DNA from: Waterburya sp. | GTDB lineage: Bacteria > Cyanobacteriota > Cyanobacteriia > Cyanobacteriales > Xenococcaceae | Direction of reading: 5' to 3' | Assembly: GCA_965217895.1 (NCBI GenBank) | Contig: CBDCJV010000002.1 | Span: 3,712,001 to 3,776,000 of the forward strand | DNA: 64,000 nucleotides | Shown: one piece after another, positions 20,410 through 30,899 of the stretch | Position numbering within the stretch: position 1 is the first letter of the stretch | Layout: the number at the start of each line of letters is the position of its first letter | Notes under the pieces: model-generated | Databases searched by the model: none | Told to the model about the DNA's origin: nothing | Seen by the model: only the letters and a program-made list of their open reading frames with translations | Made by a program: the position numbers and the translations under genes

Positions 20410-20766
20410 CTAAAGCTCAGGGGGTTCTTTTGTCAAAGAATGGTTAGAAATAGAAGAATCAGATAAGTTTTCTTCCAAATCCATCCTTTTCTCCATCTGG
20501 CACAGAAAATAGCCCGTCATCATTGCCGAAGCTAGCAGGTGCGCCAAATTTTCTCTATCCGTAGTTACCTTAACGTTAAAGTCTCCTGCGGGCAGCACTC
20601 CTACAAGTCCCTGAACATTTTGCGAGATAATCTGTTTGACTTCAGGACTGGCAGATTGGGCAATCTGCGCTAAAACATCAGGATGTTGCTGACGCAAATA
20701 CTGCATCAAGGTATTGTAGTGTTGCTCTTGTGTTTCAGAGTTTAAAAAATCAAAGTTAAATATCAT
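20410..20766 (-). CDS. DUF760 family protein
   Basis: NTLMQYL, QNVQGLVG.LP, RENLAHLLASAMMTGYFL. Confidence 0.85.
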   Translation of the reverse strand: MIFNFDFLNSETQEQHYNTLMQYLRQQHPDVLAQIAQSASPEVKQIISQNVQGLVGVLPAGDFNVKVTTDRENLAHLLASAMMTGYFLCQMEKRMDLEENLSDSSISNHSLTKEPPEL

Positions 20767-20850
20767 TCGTTACCCAAAATGGATTTATCTTGACTCTACT
20801 TTGACACAATTTTGGATGATGTCGCTAGTAAAAAATACGGGAAAAGACAG

Positions 20851-21378
20851 TTAAGATATAGCCATGTCATTGATTTCAAAGTATTGATGGAATTTATTTG
20901 TCACCTCTAACCAGTAGGAGCGACCATCAGCCTGTTCCCTTTTGCGGATAAATCCCAGCCTGACCAATTCCCCCACTTGTTGATAGGCACTGCTGCCCCG
21001 CAAATCGATTAGTTCGGTTTGCAAAATTGGGTTTCTCAAAGCCACCGCTGCTAAAGTTCGCAATGCTCCTTTACCCAATTCTGCTGGCACTAGTTCCTGG
21101 AGCAGATTTTCATATTCTGCTTTTAGCTGTAGACTATAGCCTGCTTCTGTTTCTACAATTTCCAAGGCACTATGGCGATGAGCATAGTCATTCATAAGCT
21201 CAATCAAAGCATCTTCAACCAACTCATGATTAACTGACTTAGATGGTTCTAATCCTTCCTCTGGGGATATGTTATTTGACTTAGGGGCTAAAGGAATCAG
21301 ACAGGTGACTATTTCCTCAATTGAAAGTGGTCTACCTTTGATATAAAAAATTGCTTCAATTTTGGTAGCTAGTTTCAT
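20851..21378 (-). CDS. scpB: SMC-Scp complex subunit ScpB
   Basis: KIEAIFY, ALRTLAAVA..PI.Q..L...RGS.AY. Confidence 0.9.
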   Translation of the reverse strand: MKLATKIEAIFYIKGRPLSIEEIVTCLIPLAPKSNNISPEEGLEPSKSVNHELVEDALIELMNDYAHRHSALEIVETEAGYSLQLKAEYENLLQELVPAELGKGALRTLAAVALRNPILQTELIDLRGSSAYQQVGELVRLGFIRKREQADGRSYWLEVTNKFHQYFEINDMAIS

Positions 21379-21405
21379 CGCCAAAGATTGTTATTAAAGA
21401 AGTTT

Positions 21406-22263
21406 TTAGGATGAGCGCGAGGGATGATCTCGGCTAGAGAGCATATCCAATCTCGGTGTTGATTTAAGTTTTGTTAAAGGAAAAAAATGACCTACAGGGC
21501 CATTGCCAGCACCGATATCTAGGGAATATTCCAAAGCAGTTGTAACGTATTGTTTTGCATCAACCACCGCCGACCACAAATCTTGACCCAAAGCTAAATT
21601 GGCACAAATTGCTGCTGAAAGCGTACAGCCTGTGCCGTGAGTGTTATTAGTTTCAATAATTTTTGTTGATAAAGTTTTAAGTTCCTGTCCGTCGTACCAA
21701 ACATCTTTTCCTCGATCGCTGCCCGAAAGCCCTCCACCTTTAGCCAGAACTACTTTTGTTCCCAGACGCTCATAAACGGCGATCGCCGCCTCTTTTAGTT
21801 CGTCTAAAGTATTGACCGTTAGACCGCTTAAGATTTCGGCTTCATAGCGATTAGGTGTAACAATTACAGCTTGAGGTATCAGCAGGTCTTGTAAAGAGGC
21901 GATCGCGCTATCGTCAATCAACTGTACTCCTGTCCGAGAAACCATTACGGGATCGACTACTAGCTGCTGCAAATCTAATCTTTTAACCTGTTGAGCTACC
22001 GCAGCGATAATGTCACGGTTTAACAACATTCCTGTTTTAACCGCATCAACTTTTAAATCTGTAGCTACAGCCTCAATTTGGGCGACAACCATAGCAGGAT
22101 TAATAGCCTCAACCTGAGCCACATCAACCGTATTTTGAGCAGTAACGCAGGTAAGCGCACTAGCACCATGAACACAGTACATGGCAAAAGTCCGTAAATC
22201 TGCCTGAATCCCTGCTCCGCCACTGCTGTCAGAACCAGCAATAGTTAAAGCCGTTTGGATCAT
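21406..22263 (-). CDS. thiD: Hydroxymethylpyrimidine/phosphomethylpyrimidine kinase
   Basis: TIAGSDSSGGAGIQADL, KTGML, DPVMV, HGTGCTLS. Confidence 0.95.
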   Translation of the reverse strand: MIQTALTIAGSDSSGGAGIQADLRTFAMYCVHGASALTCVTAQNTVDVAQVEAINPAMVVAQIEAVATDLKVDAVKTGMLLNRDIIAAVAQQVKRLDLQQLVVDPVMVSRTGVQLIDDSAIASLQDLLIPQAVIVTPNRYEAEILSGLTVNTLDELKEAAIAVYERLGTKVVLAKGGGLSGSDRGKDVWYDGQELKTLSTKIIETNNTHGTGCTLSAAICANLALGQDLWSAVVDAKQYVTTALEYSLDIGAGNGPVGHFFPLTKLKSTPRLDMLSSRDHPSRSS

Positions 22264-22279
22264 CTGTTTACCCTATAGT

Positions 22280-23548
22280 TTAATTCTTGGGATAACGTCG
22301 GCGCTGGAGAAAATCAGGAATTTCAATTCGCGAGCGATCGCTTTGCTCGGGTCTATTTCTCTCTGGCTGAGGTGCAGCAGGCATTGTCGGGAAAACACTT
22401 CTTTGTTCTTCTTGAGCCTCTTCTAGGTCTAGATCTTCTCCCGTATCTCCATCAAAACCCGTAGCAATCACGGTAATTCTGACTTCTCCATCCATAGTTT
22501 CATCAATTACCGCACCAAAAATAATGTTGGCATCTTCATCAACCACTTCATAAATGCTATCGGCTGCTGCATTTACTTCATGGAGAGTCAAATCGCAGCC
22601 TCCAGTAATATTGATGACCACACCTTTAGCACCATGAATAGATGCCTCTAATAAAGGCGAAGAAACTGCTGCGATCGCCGCCTCTCTGGCGCGAGATTTA
22701 CCTGAACCCATACCAATTCCCATCAGTGCCGAACCAGCATCAGCCATAATTGCTCTGACATCGGCAAAGTCAACGTTAATCAAACCAGGAATGGTAATAA
22801 TGTCAGAAATACCTTGAACACCTTGTCGCAATACATCATCAGCTACTCCAAAAGCTTCCTGAACTGGAGTCTCTGGAGAAATTACGGACAATAGCTGATT
22901 ATTAGGAATAACAATTAGAGTATCGACTCGACTGCGGAAAGCTTCGATACCTTTTTCCGCCTGTTTAGTGCGTCTTCTGCCTTCAAAAGTAAATGGTCGA
23001 GTTACCACACCTACAGTCAAACAGCCCATTTCTTTAGCTACTTCGGCTGCAATTGGGGCTGCTCCTGTTCCTGTACCGCCTCCCATCCCAGCGGTGATAA
23101 ACACCAAATCTGTGTTTTCTAAAGCATGAGCTAATTCATCTCGCGATTCTTCTGCTGCTTTTTGCCCAATAGCAGGATTTCCTCCCGCACCTAACCCCCT
23201 AGTAATTTTTTGTCCGATTTGCAGTTTCTGAGGAGCTTGAGCGTGGTCTAAAGCCTGAGCATCAGTATTAATTGCCCAAAACTCAATACCCGTAACTTGG
23301 CTGTCAATCATGCGGTTGACAGCATTACAGCCGCCGCCACCTACTCCCATTACTTTAATTTTGGCGACATTGCTAGGCACTATTTTATTACTCCTACTCT
23401 CTTCTCTAGGAATTTGAGAATTATGATTATTTTTAAAAGGTATCCCCATTGGGTGACTCAAAGAATTATTTCCTAAAGCTAAGGGTAACTCAGAATTATA
23501 GTTATTTTCGTTATTGAAGGTACGGACAGTTTTTTTCTCTAAAGACAT
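22280..23548 (-). CDS. ftsZ: Cell division protein FtsZ
   Basis: [18 protein letters not shown] tubulin signature, NVDFAD, C-terminal EIPDFL. Confidence 0.98.
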   Translation of the reverse strand: MSLEKKTVRTFNNENNYNSELPLALGNNSLSHPMGIPFKNNHNSQIPREESRSNKIVPSNVAKIKVMGVGGGGCNAVNRMIDSQVTGIEFWAINTDAQALDHAQAPQKLQIGQKITRGLGAGGNPAIGQKAAEESRDELAHALENTDLVFITAGMGGGTGTGAAPIAAEVAKEMGCLTVGVVTRPFTFEGRRRTKQAEKGIEAFRSRVDTLIVIPNNQLLSVISPETPVQEAFGVADDVLRQGVQGISDIITIPGLINVDFADVRAIMADAGSALMGIGMGSGKSRAREAAIAAVSSPLLEASIHGAKGVVINITGGCDLTLHEVNAAADSIYEVVDEDANIIFGAVIDETMDGEVRITVIATGFDGDTGEDLDLEEAQEEQRSVFPTMPAAPQPERNRPEQSDRSRIEIPDFLQRRRYPKN

Positions 23549-23778
23549 GGGCGTAAATCAAAGTTTCCGAGCTTGGTTTTCTTAGTACTTAACTTAACTC
23601 TGCAATTTGGCTCAGTTTATTATCATCTAAAGTAATTTAAACTGCAAAAAATATTAAAGTTTTTGTAATTATTAAACACATAAATTCAATTATCCTCCAA
23701 ATATTTGCTGAATAAGTAATTAAATCAACCAATTGTCTCAGGGAAAATACTTAGTTATCTCCCCAAATATACATAAGA

Positions 23779-24549
23779 CTAGTACCTTTGAATTAAGTCT
23801 AAATTAGGATTACTTAAGTCAATATAGGCGATTTTGCTATTTTCAATATAGTCAGGTAAATTTTGCAGTTTAAGCATTGTTTTGAATTGCCTTTTTAATT
23901 GCGATAAATCAGAACCTAAAAATACTTTTCCTATTTTGGTATGCAAAAGTAAATTTCCTGATTGACTCCACTGTAGCTCTGTAATTTCTAATTCTGGATA
24001 TAGAGATACTAGTTGATATATATTAATCCATTCTTGCTGATACTGAACTTGATAATTTAATACTTTGAGTTTTGGCAAAGCAAAATCTGCACTTATATTG
24101 TCATAAAATTTTTGATCTATCCAGAGACCATTTGTATCCAGAAAACCTACTTTCCCCTGAAATGTAGCTAAAGCTATTGGTACTTTTTCCTGAAGCGAAA
24201 TTATTAATTTGGGCGGTATAATTATTCTATTAATTCTTGCTCCTGCAATTGAAGGGATGGATTCTATTTGTTTAGCTAAATTCAACCCATTGATTTTCCA
24301 AATAAATTGAGGATAAGAAAATTTTAAAGCATTATAAATAAAGCTTCTACTAATTAGCTTCTCTCCATTGATCTCAATTTGGGATTGGTGTTTAATTTGC
24401 CAGTAAGGTAAAGTTGTTAGCAAAAAAATGCTCACAGCACAAAATACTATCAAGCAAGAACGCCAAAGACTCAGACGAGATAGACGAAGCTCCTGAGCTT
24501 TAACCAAAGCTAGCTTATATTTGATTTGTGGTGGAGGAAATGAACTCAT
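23779..24549 (-). CDS. ftsQ: Cell division protein FtsQ/DivIB
   Basis: N-terminal TM helix, POTRA-like region, C-terminal YIDL..P; directly upstream of ftsZ. Confidence 0.85.
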   Translation of the reverse strand: MSSFPPPQIKYKLALVKAQELRLSRLSLWRSCLIVFCAVSIFLLTTLPYWQIKHQSQIEINGEKLISRSFIYNALKFSYPQFIWKINGLNLAKQIESIPSIAGARINRIIIPPKLIISLQEKVPIALATFQGKVGFLDTNGLWIDQKFYDNISADFALPKLKVLNYQVQYQQEWINIYQLVSLYPELEITELQWSQSGNLLLHTKIGKVFLGSDLSQLKRQFKTMLKLQNLPDYIENSKIAYIDLSNPNLDLIQRY

Positions 24550-24577
24550 GATCTCAAACTTGATTCAAAAGGGTAAC

Positions 24578-24707
24578 TATAGCGTTTCTCTTATTTACAA
24601 GATGCACCTTGGTTGTGTCTGGTTAAGGGGAAAGGTAAAAGGGGAAAGGTTTTGCGCTTTTTTCCAGAACTTAGCTAATGTACCTCATTGATTTGAGAAT
24701 TGCTATA
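24578..24707. mobile_element. MITE with TATAG ends
   Basis: tatagcgtttctc / gagaattgctata (11/13 inverted); purine-rich ggggaaagg repeats inside. Confidence 0.7.
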
Positions 24708-24808
24708 TTATTTCCTGGTTTAAGAAAGTTTCTATGTAACTCACGTTATATTAACCATGGTGTCTAAAATCTGCTAGTAATGACTCAGTTTTATATTTTA
24801 GTCTGATA

Positions 24809-24979
24809 TTTATCTATAAGAGAAGAAATAACTTGCAAAGCTTCTTTGTGCTGTTACGATTGCGATCGCCAATATAAATTCCGACAATCTCCTTGGTTTC
24901 TATATCTAAAGATAGCCAGACCCAATTGCTTGTTACTGTTGCCTACAAATGACCATATTTGGTTGCACTGAATGACTAA
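24809..24979 (-). pseudogene. IS1-family transposase (InsB) fragment
   Basis: LVIQCNQIWSFVGN, frameshift, then WVWLSLDIETKEIVGIYIGDR; matches the IS1 DE(M)WSFVG..W.W.A.D..T.EIVG.Y.GDR pattern. Confidence 0.8.
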
Positions 24980-25117
24980 TTTTTCTTGATAGGATTACCA
25001 AATAAAAATGATTGGCGATCGGGGTTCTTTTTCTTCGCTCAACTTTTAACCAATCCAAATCTTCAGAATCCGTTAGCGGTTCAACAAGTCCACGCTAATT
25101 TGGTAAGTATGCTGATG

Positions 25118-25537
25118 TTAAAAATACCAGACTTTTGAGTGACCCCGACGACGACCCATAATTGAGCCAGCATTCAGCTCATTTTCCTTTTCTGTAACCA
25201 ACAAAAGGTATTTACCTTGTTGAAACAACTTCTGGCAAAAACGTCGAGCAATTTGATCTGAGTCAAACAACTTTTCATTAAAATAGCTATAAATAGTTAA
25301 ATCTCCCAACCAATGATGATGCCAGGCATTACGAGCAACTAAAGTAATTTCATTCAGAGAAACTCCTGCTTCTTGTAGTTCTTCAATTGCTACTTTGGCA
25401 TCTCGATGATGGGCGAACACTCCTACTTCATGAGCTATGCCAGCATTATTATTGGTGGGAGAGAAATCATCACTATTGCAAACTTCTCTTTTAACAATGT
25501 TTGAGAATAATACTCTTGGATGTATTAAGGTTTTCAT
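25118..25537 (-). CDS. Hypothetical protein with general-stress-protein (YflT/17M)-like domain
   Basis: VGVF..RDAKVAIEELQEAG...EITLVA pattern. Confidence 0.55.
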   Translation of the reverse strand: MKTLIHPRVLFSNIVKREVCNSDDFSPTNNNAGIAHEVGVFAHHRDAKVAIEELQEAGVSLNEITLVARNAWHHHWLGDLTIYSYFNEKLFDSDQIARRFCQKLFQQGKYLLLVTEKENELNAGSIMGRRRGHSKVWYF

Positions 25538-25627
25538 AATCTTATCTATCTAAGTCCAAACAAAAGCTTTAATACGTTTAGGTTAATAATTTGCTGTGTC
25601 GTTGTCGTGACGCACTTATGACAATTT

Positions 25628-28261
25628 CTAGGTTTTAGTCGTTTGACGATTCCATCGCTGCTTCAATTCATACCATCCCAACAATAAAATTGAAGCACCC
25701 AAAGGCAGAAAATAGTAAATACCCCGATATGCCAAAAGAGATCCTAATAATTGATTAGAAGGAATTGGCGGAGAAAGTAACAAAATTAGAATAGTTTCAA
25801 ATACTCCTAGTCCTCCAGGAACATTACTAATAATTCCGGCAATTTGACCCAAAAGATAAATGCCAAAAAAGCCAAAGAACGAAAAATGTTTAGGTACTGG
25901 CAGTAAAACATAAAGCACCGCAGCAGCAAACATCCAATCTAGTGAAGTTAAGGCTATCTGTGCCAAAGAAAGCTCAAAGGGAAGATGAGGAAATGTCCAA
26001 TTTCTAATTTTTAAAGGCTTTTGGCTTAATCCACTCCAAAATAAGTAGACAATAATAATTGCCAGGAAAACAAACCCAAGAGGACGCACCGACAGAAACG
26101 GTAGATTAAGCTGTTTCGGTATTTCTAAAGGCGTAAGAGCAAACATAGTACCGCCGACGGCAAATAACCCTAGCCAAAAACTAAGGTTACAGAAAGTTAT
26201 TATCTGAGCAATCTTAGCAGCAGAATATCCCCACGCAGAGTAAAATTTATAGCGGATAGCACTACCGCTGAGAAGGGCAAAACCAACGCTATTACTAATT
26301 CCATAGCTAATAACCGCCACCAAAGCAGTTCGTTTATATGCCAGAGATTGATTGATACACTTTACTGCCAGAGTATCGTATCCTGTCAGCAAAAGATAAT
26401 TGACCGTGGTTAAAGCGATCGCCAGTAACAAATACTGATTGGGAATAGCGTTTAGACTATTGAAGACATCCTTTAAACTATACTTGCGTAACTCGGTCGC
26501 GATCGCCCAAAGGGAAAGACCAAAAAGCAAAACGCTAAAAAATATAGGTGCAATGCGACTCAAACTTTTAGAAACACTAGTAACGGAGGTACTTAAAAAC
26601 TGCGTTCCTAAATAGTCCTGGAGGCGATCGCCTGAATCCGCTCTGACCAGTGCCACCACGATTTCTGGCAGTGCTGCAAACTGAGGATAAACTAAATAGC
26701 GCGATTCCCACTGGGGATGAAATTTATCTTTGTATGCCCTTAATCCCTGAAAGTTATAAAATTGATTTAGATGTTGGTAAAGATAGCGCATTCCTCTTTC
26801 CATACGCGAAGAGTGGGCTGTTTCTCCTACTCCCGAAAGTGCGGCTAGACCTAAATTAAAGCTATTGTTACCTTTTTGCTTGAAGTGTTCAAACAGCGAA
26901 ATAAACAAAAAATCCATCGTTCCGTTTTCTATCTCTGGCAAGTGACGCATTAGGTCAATGGTAATTTCGTTACGCTGATACTCAGGTACGATATTAGCGA
27001 AGGCGATCGCATTTCCTTGGAAATCATTAACTACGGCAATTTCGCAGTCTTGGAGATAATTATCGTTAAACCAGCCAACGGAAAACTTTTTCTCTGAACC
27101 CGCCATGTGTGCCAGCCACTCATTGCTAATGACTCTTAACTCTTGCAACAAATCATTAGTAATCGGTGGAGCATAAAATTGAATTGAATAACCTAGCTTT
27201 TTAAACTTGTTAATTGCTGGACGGAGGCTTCTGCCTGCCTTTCCTTGAAGAGTAAAAGTTTTAAGATCGACTGTTGCCTCTTCCCCAATTTTGAGAGTTT
27301 TAAAACCAAGAGACTGATATAGTTCCAAGTCGTCGGCTAAAGTCTGATAGAAAGAGGGTTGCCAGTCATTTTGGGCGCAGAATTGCTTAAAACTGGCGAT
27401 CGCCTCACTGCGGTCTTCTCTTGCACCTATGGGATCTCCCAAAGCGATCGCGCCTCTGCCTTTTGGCACATAGGCAATAACGCTCTGACCTGAAGGACTA
27501 AAGTAATAAGATTTATCATCTAGTAAGGCAAATCGCGCCAGAGATGAACAACCATATTTGGCGACAATTACTTGAGCTTCTTGTCTTTCCCGTGATGTTG
27601 CCTCGTTGTGGAGTAGTACTGGACGCAGCAGCATCCAGAGAGCATAAAGCATCGTTACTGCACCAATAATGTAAATTGAATTAACAAAAAAACGTCCAAA
27701 GCGTGAAGTGGCTTGCAGTCCTAAATTGTCATTGGTAAAGAATATTGCTAGAGTTTGCCTTATAGCTTCACCCAAGCGAAAAGTAGTCGAGTAATGACGA
27801 TCCAACCAGAAAAAGCCCAAAATACCGTAGACCATGGTAAATAATAAAGCAAAGACCAGTACGCGAATCCCCTGAATAATTGAAGGACGATCCGAACGGG
27901 CGGTGAAAACTCGCCCCATCCATAAAAGTTGTCCCAATAATAAAGTAGAGAACAGGCTTTCTTCATAATCCCAACCTTTGATTAAATTACTGATAATCGA
28001 GACAACCAGCAAACCAATTGTCAGCAGCCAGGCCAGGCGTTTACGGCGTAATAAATTAGCTGCCAGAACCAAGAGAAAAAAACCACTAAGAGCTGCGAAT
28101 AGATGCGCTCCTGCCCTAACTTCAAAGGGAAAGATTTGTTCTAACCAGTCTACTCGTTCGGGTAAGCTTGGGGTTACTGCCGAGAGCAAGTTTACTATTC
28201 CCACTGCACCTGTCAGTAAGGCAGTTACCCACAGTCCAATTCGCGTTCTTTGCCTCAGCAT
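25628..28261 (-). CDS. mprF: MprF-like aminoacyl-phosphatidylglycerol synthase/flippase with reversed domain order
   Basis: N-terminal TM block, central DUF2156 synthase (DDKSYYFS, ALGDPIG, IDLMRH, YNFQGLRAYKDKFHPQWE), C-terminal flippase (PGGLGVFE, YRGIYY). Confidence 0.85.
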   Translation of the reverse strand: MLRQRTRIGLWVTALLTGAVGIVNLLSAVTPSLPERVDWLEQIFPFEVRAGAHLFAALSGFFLLVLAANLLRRKRLAWLLTIGLLVVSIISNLIKGWDYEESLFSTLLLGQLLWMGRVFTARSDRPSIIQGIRVLVFALLFTMVYGILGFFWLDRHYSTTFRLGEAIRQTLAIFFTNDNLGLQATSRFGRFFVNSIYIIGAVTMLYALWMLLRPVLLHNEATSRERQEAQVIVAKYGCSSLARFALLDDKSYYFSPSGQSVIAYVPKGRGAIALGDPIGAREDRSEAIASFKQFCAQNDWQPSFYQTLADDLELYQSLGFKTLKIGEEATVDLKTFTLQGKAGRSLRPAINKFKKLGYSIQFYAPPITNDLLQELRVISNEWLAHMAGSEKKFSVGWFNDNYLQDCEIAVVNDFQGNAIAFANIVPEYQRNEITIDLMRHLPEIENGTMDFLFISLFEHFKQKGNNSFNLGLAALSGVGETAHSSRMERGMRYLYQHLNQFYNFQGLRAYKDKFHPQWESRYLVYPQFAALPEIVVALVRADSGDRLQDYLGTQFLSTSVTSVSKSLSRIAPIFFSVLLFGLSLWAIATELRKYSLKDVFNSLNAIPNQYLLLAIALTTVNYLLLTGYDTLAVKCINQSLAYKRTALVAVISYGISNSVGFALLSGSAIRYKFYSAWGYSAAKIAQIITFCNLSFWLGLFAVGGTMFALTPLEIPKQLNLPFLSVRPLGFVFLAIIIVYLFWSGLSQKPLKIRNWTFPHLPFELSLAQIALTSLDWMFAAAVLYVLLPVPKHFSFFGFFGIYLLGQIAGIISNVPGGLGVFETILILLLSPPIPSNQLLGSLLAYRGIYYFLPLGASILLLGWYELKQRWNRQTTKT

Positions 28262-28466
28262 ATATGATTATTTAATTCAATACTGTATAGGTTACTATTT
28301 ATGTCTAGGTTTGACCATTTCTAGTTAATTGGCAACATTTAGCTAAATGTCGCAAAAATTCAATATGAGGAGAGAACATGATAAATTATCGTCCCGAAAA
28401 ATTAGCAAAATATGTTTTGGGATAATAATTGTTTTTATCAATAAAACTATCAGATAAATCTTATAT

Positions 28467-29003
28467 ATGTCCGCTTATAAACCAAGTAAAATATCTCAGT
28501 CATCTCGGCGATCGCAAATTACGCCCGAAGAATATCAGCTTATTCAAGACCTGCGCGATCGCTCTCCTGCTCAAAACATTCCTAAGCTATCTCCAACTTT
28601 AGGCGAAAGAGTTGCCGATCGCGTGGCGGCAATAATGGGATCTTGGACGTTTATTATTATACAATCAGTATTATTAGCAGTCTGGGTAACGCTAAATATT
28701 GCTGGCTATATCAAGCATTGAGATCCTTATCCCTTTATTCTCCTGAACCTGATGCTATCATTTCAAGCTGCTTATGCTGCCCCTGTAGTGATGATGAGTC
28801 AAAACCGCCAATCAGCGATCGACCGTCGAGATGCCAAACACGATTACGAAATCAATCTCAAATCAGAGCTAGAAATAGAGCTACTACAGGATAAAATAAA
28901 TCTGCTAAGAGAGTCAGAAATTATTGCTCTCAAAGACATGCTTACACTTCAGCAACAACAATTAGAACGAATTGAAAAATTATTGTCTCAAGAGCGACTT
29001 TAG
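28467..29003 (+). pseudogene. DUF1003 membrane protein with in-frame stop
   Basis: GERVADRVAAIMGSW...KH*DPYPFILLNLMLSFQAAYAAPVVMMSQNRQ in a single frame; TGA at 28719-28721. Confidence 0.85.
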
Positions 29004-29005
29004 TA

Positions 29006-29063
29006 ACCTAAGTTCGGGTTAAGAGGATTGAGGTAAAAGTCAGTCAAGATGAAGACTTGGCTT
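29006..29063 (-). mobile_element. Right-end remnant of an IS982-family element
   Basis: Minus strand reads KPSLHLD*LLPQSS* followed by cccgaacttaggt, typical of the cyanobacterial IS982 transposase C-terminus and end. Confidence 0.65.
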
Positions 29064-29243
29064 TAAATAGTTCAGACAGATAGGTCTGCGCCAAGAAATT
29101 TCACGGATTGTTTTGAGCCACTTAGCGTGTTGATTGAACATCAAATCAATAATATGAATAAACGCTTCATAGCAGGAGAAGAAGCCATGACGACTTGTCA
29201 AAAAAGAAATTTTTCTTTAGACAGTTTATAAAGATAGAAAAGG

Positions 29244-29951
29244 TTATTCCGTTAGAGCCTTGTTATTCCACATATATTTACCAGGGACGGTGCGCTCTAA
29301 AATACCTTTTCTGAATTGTAAGCTGAGGACGCTGCTAAAAGATTTGGAAACTTTCTTTTGTTGAGTTTGACTTAAACCATCAGGATAGAAATAAGCTACT
29401 ACGTCTGGTGAACTAATAACTCCTTCTTGCTTTTTAACAAAGTCTAAAACTCCAGCAGTGATGTTCTCATAATTATCTAGTCTGAGGGAAGGAGGTAGTG
29501 TACTATCAAGTTTGTTCCTAGATTTCTTCTGATCTTGTGATTCGACCTTCGCTTTTGGTGATTTAGTTTTAGCTTGACTTTTTTTGGCTGGTGTTTTCTG
29601 CTTCGATTTATCTGCCTTAGATGAGACTGCTGGTAGTTCTAATCGAGCAGTCTCCTCCGCTTCAGTCGGATGATATCCATTACTCTTATTCTCTTCGTCT
29701 ATTATGTTTGCAGCTAATTGTTGAGTCTTACTGAGACTATTAATAATATTGCGACACGCTTCTAACTCAGTTTGGGTAGTTGTCGCCTCAGCTTCTAATA
29801 TTTTCAAAGATTGAGCATGATAGGCGATCGCCTCTTGCTGATAACTAGCATTTTGTTCCAAGTCCGCTAACATTTGACTGTAAATAGCAAGCTTTTTTTC
29901 ACTGTCGAACAAATTTTGAGGTGGTTTAGGAGGTGCGGGAATATTAGTCAC
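29244..29951 (-). CDS. Hypothetical protein: coiled coil, Lys-rich linker, probable C-terminal winged helix
   Basis: 235-aa ORF; heptad-rich N-terminus; C-terminal helices ending GILERTVPGKY. Confidence 0.6.
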   Translation of the reverse strand: MTNIPAPPKPPQNLFDSEKKLAIYSQMLADLEQNASYQQEAIAYHAQSLKILEAEATTTQTELEACRNIINSLSKTQQLAANIIDEENKSNGYHPTEAEETARLELPAVSSKADKSKQKTPAKKSQAKTKSPKAKVESQDQKKSRNKLDSTLPPSLRLDNYENITAGVLDFVKKQEGVISSPDVVAYFYPDGLSQTQQKKVSKSFSSVLSLQFRKGILERTVPGKYMWNNKALTE

Positions 29952-30223
29952 TTTAATGTTTCATCTAATAGCTATCAATCTAATTCTAGCCTGTTAGAAG
30001 CTCAATTAAATATTGTTCATTATTAAATAATATTTATTTTATTTTTTCTAAATTCCAGGTCTAAGAAGAATCCAATTTTCAAAGACTCCGCGTTGGCGAC
30101 GCGGGCAGATGCAAGAAAGGACTTGTCCGCATCTAGTACCCCTTTCTCGAATCTACTCGTTACTCTCAACTATCTTCTAATTAATTTGTTCTACCTACCT
30201 ATAGCCTTTGAGATTAAATCTAT

Positions 30224-30324
30224 TAGACTTCTTGCACGAATCATAATCGACTACTTGAAAAAGAGGGAAAGGGGGAAAGGTTAAGGGGAAAAATGATTAA
30301 TCTTTTATTCATGCAAGAGGTCTA
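30224..30324. mobile_element. MITE with 18-bp TIR
   Basis: tagacttcttgcacgaat / attcatgcaagaggtcta (16/18 inverted); ggggaaagg repeats inside. Confidence 0.8.
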
Positions 30325-30776
30325 GTTAATAATACCAATATATATTTATGAAGTTAAGATAAGCTTGAAAAAGCTAGGTTTAAAAGTTTTCTCTATATTA
30401 TTTAGACAGTATCAAAAACTTTATGAACAAAACATATAGCCCGCAAGCTTTGTTAGAAAATAGGCAGGAATATTTTTGGATAAAAACTAGGTTGTTTTAG
30501 CTTGAGAAAAGACTGTTTTACGCCACTTGAATCAACGGTTTTAATAGCTTTTCTGGAATTGACTTTTTAATATTTTGATAAAGAAAAAAAAAGAATTAGT
30601 TATTTTCAACTATACTTGTCTATAATGATAAGTAATAAAAAGAGTAATTTTACTAGGCTATTTAGCCAAGATTATAGTTAGGCTGTATAGAAACATTGGT
30701 GTTTTGGTGTTTCAGCTATTTTATAAATAATCAGTAAATTATAAATATTGTGTTTTTTGTGGTGTCCTTCTTATGT

Positions 30777-30811
30777 ATCCCACTCCTTGTTTTTCAAGGG
30801 TGGGATTTTTT
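30777..30811 (+). terminator. Plus-strand intrinsic terminator with no adjacent plus-strand gene
   Basis: atcccac(t)ccttg-ttttt-caagggtgggat-ttttt. Confidence 0.6.
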
Positions 30812-30899
30812 ATATTTATTGTTGCTAAGCCTGAAACTTTTACTGTGATATAAGATCGAGAAAATATCAGCTAATAAAAGTATATCCAACTCTGTAAAA

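Noticed and set aside
30093..30284. 63-aa ORF
   Set aside because: Runs through a GC-rich repeat and a MITE end
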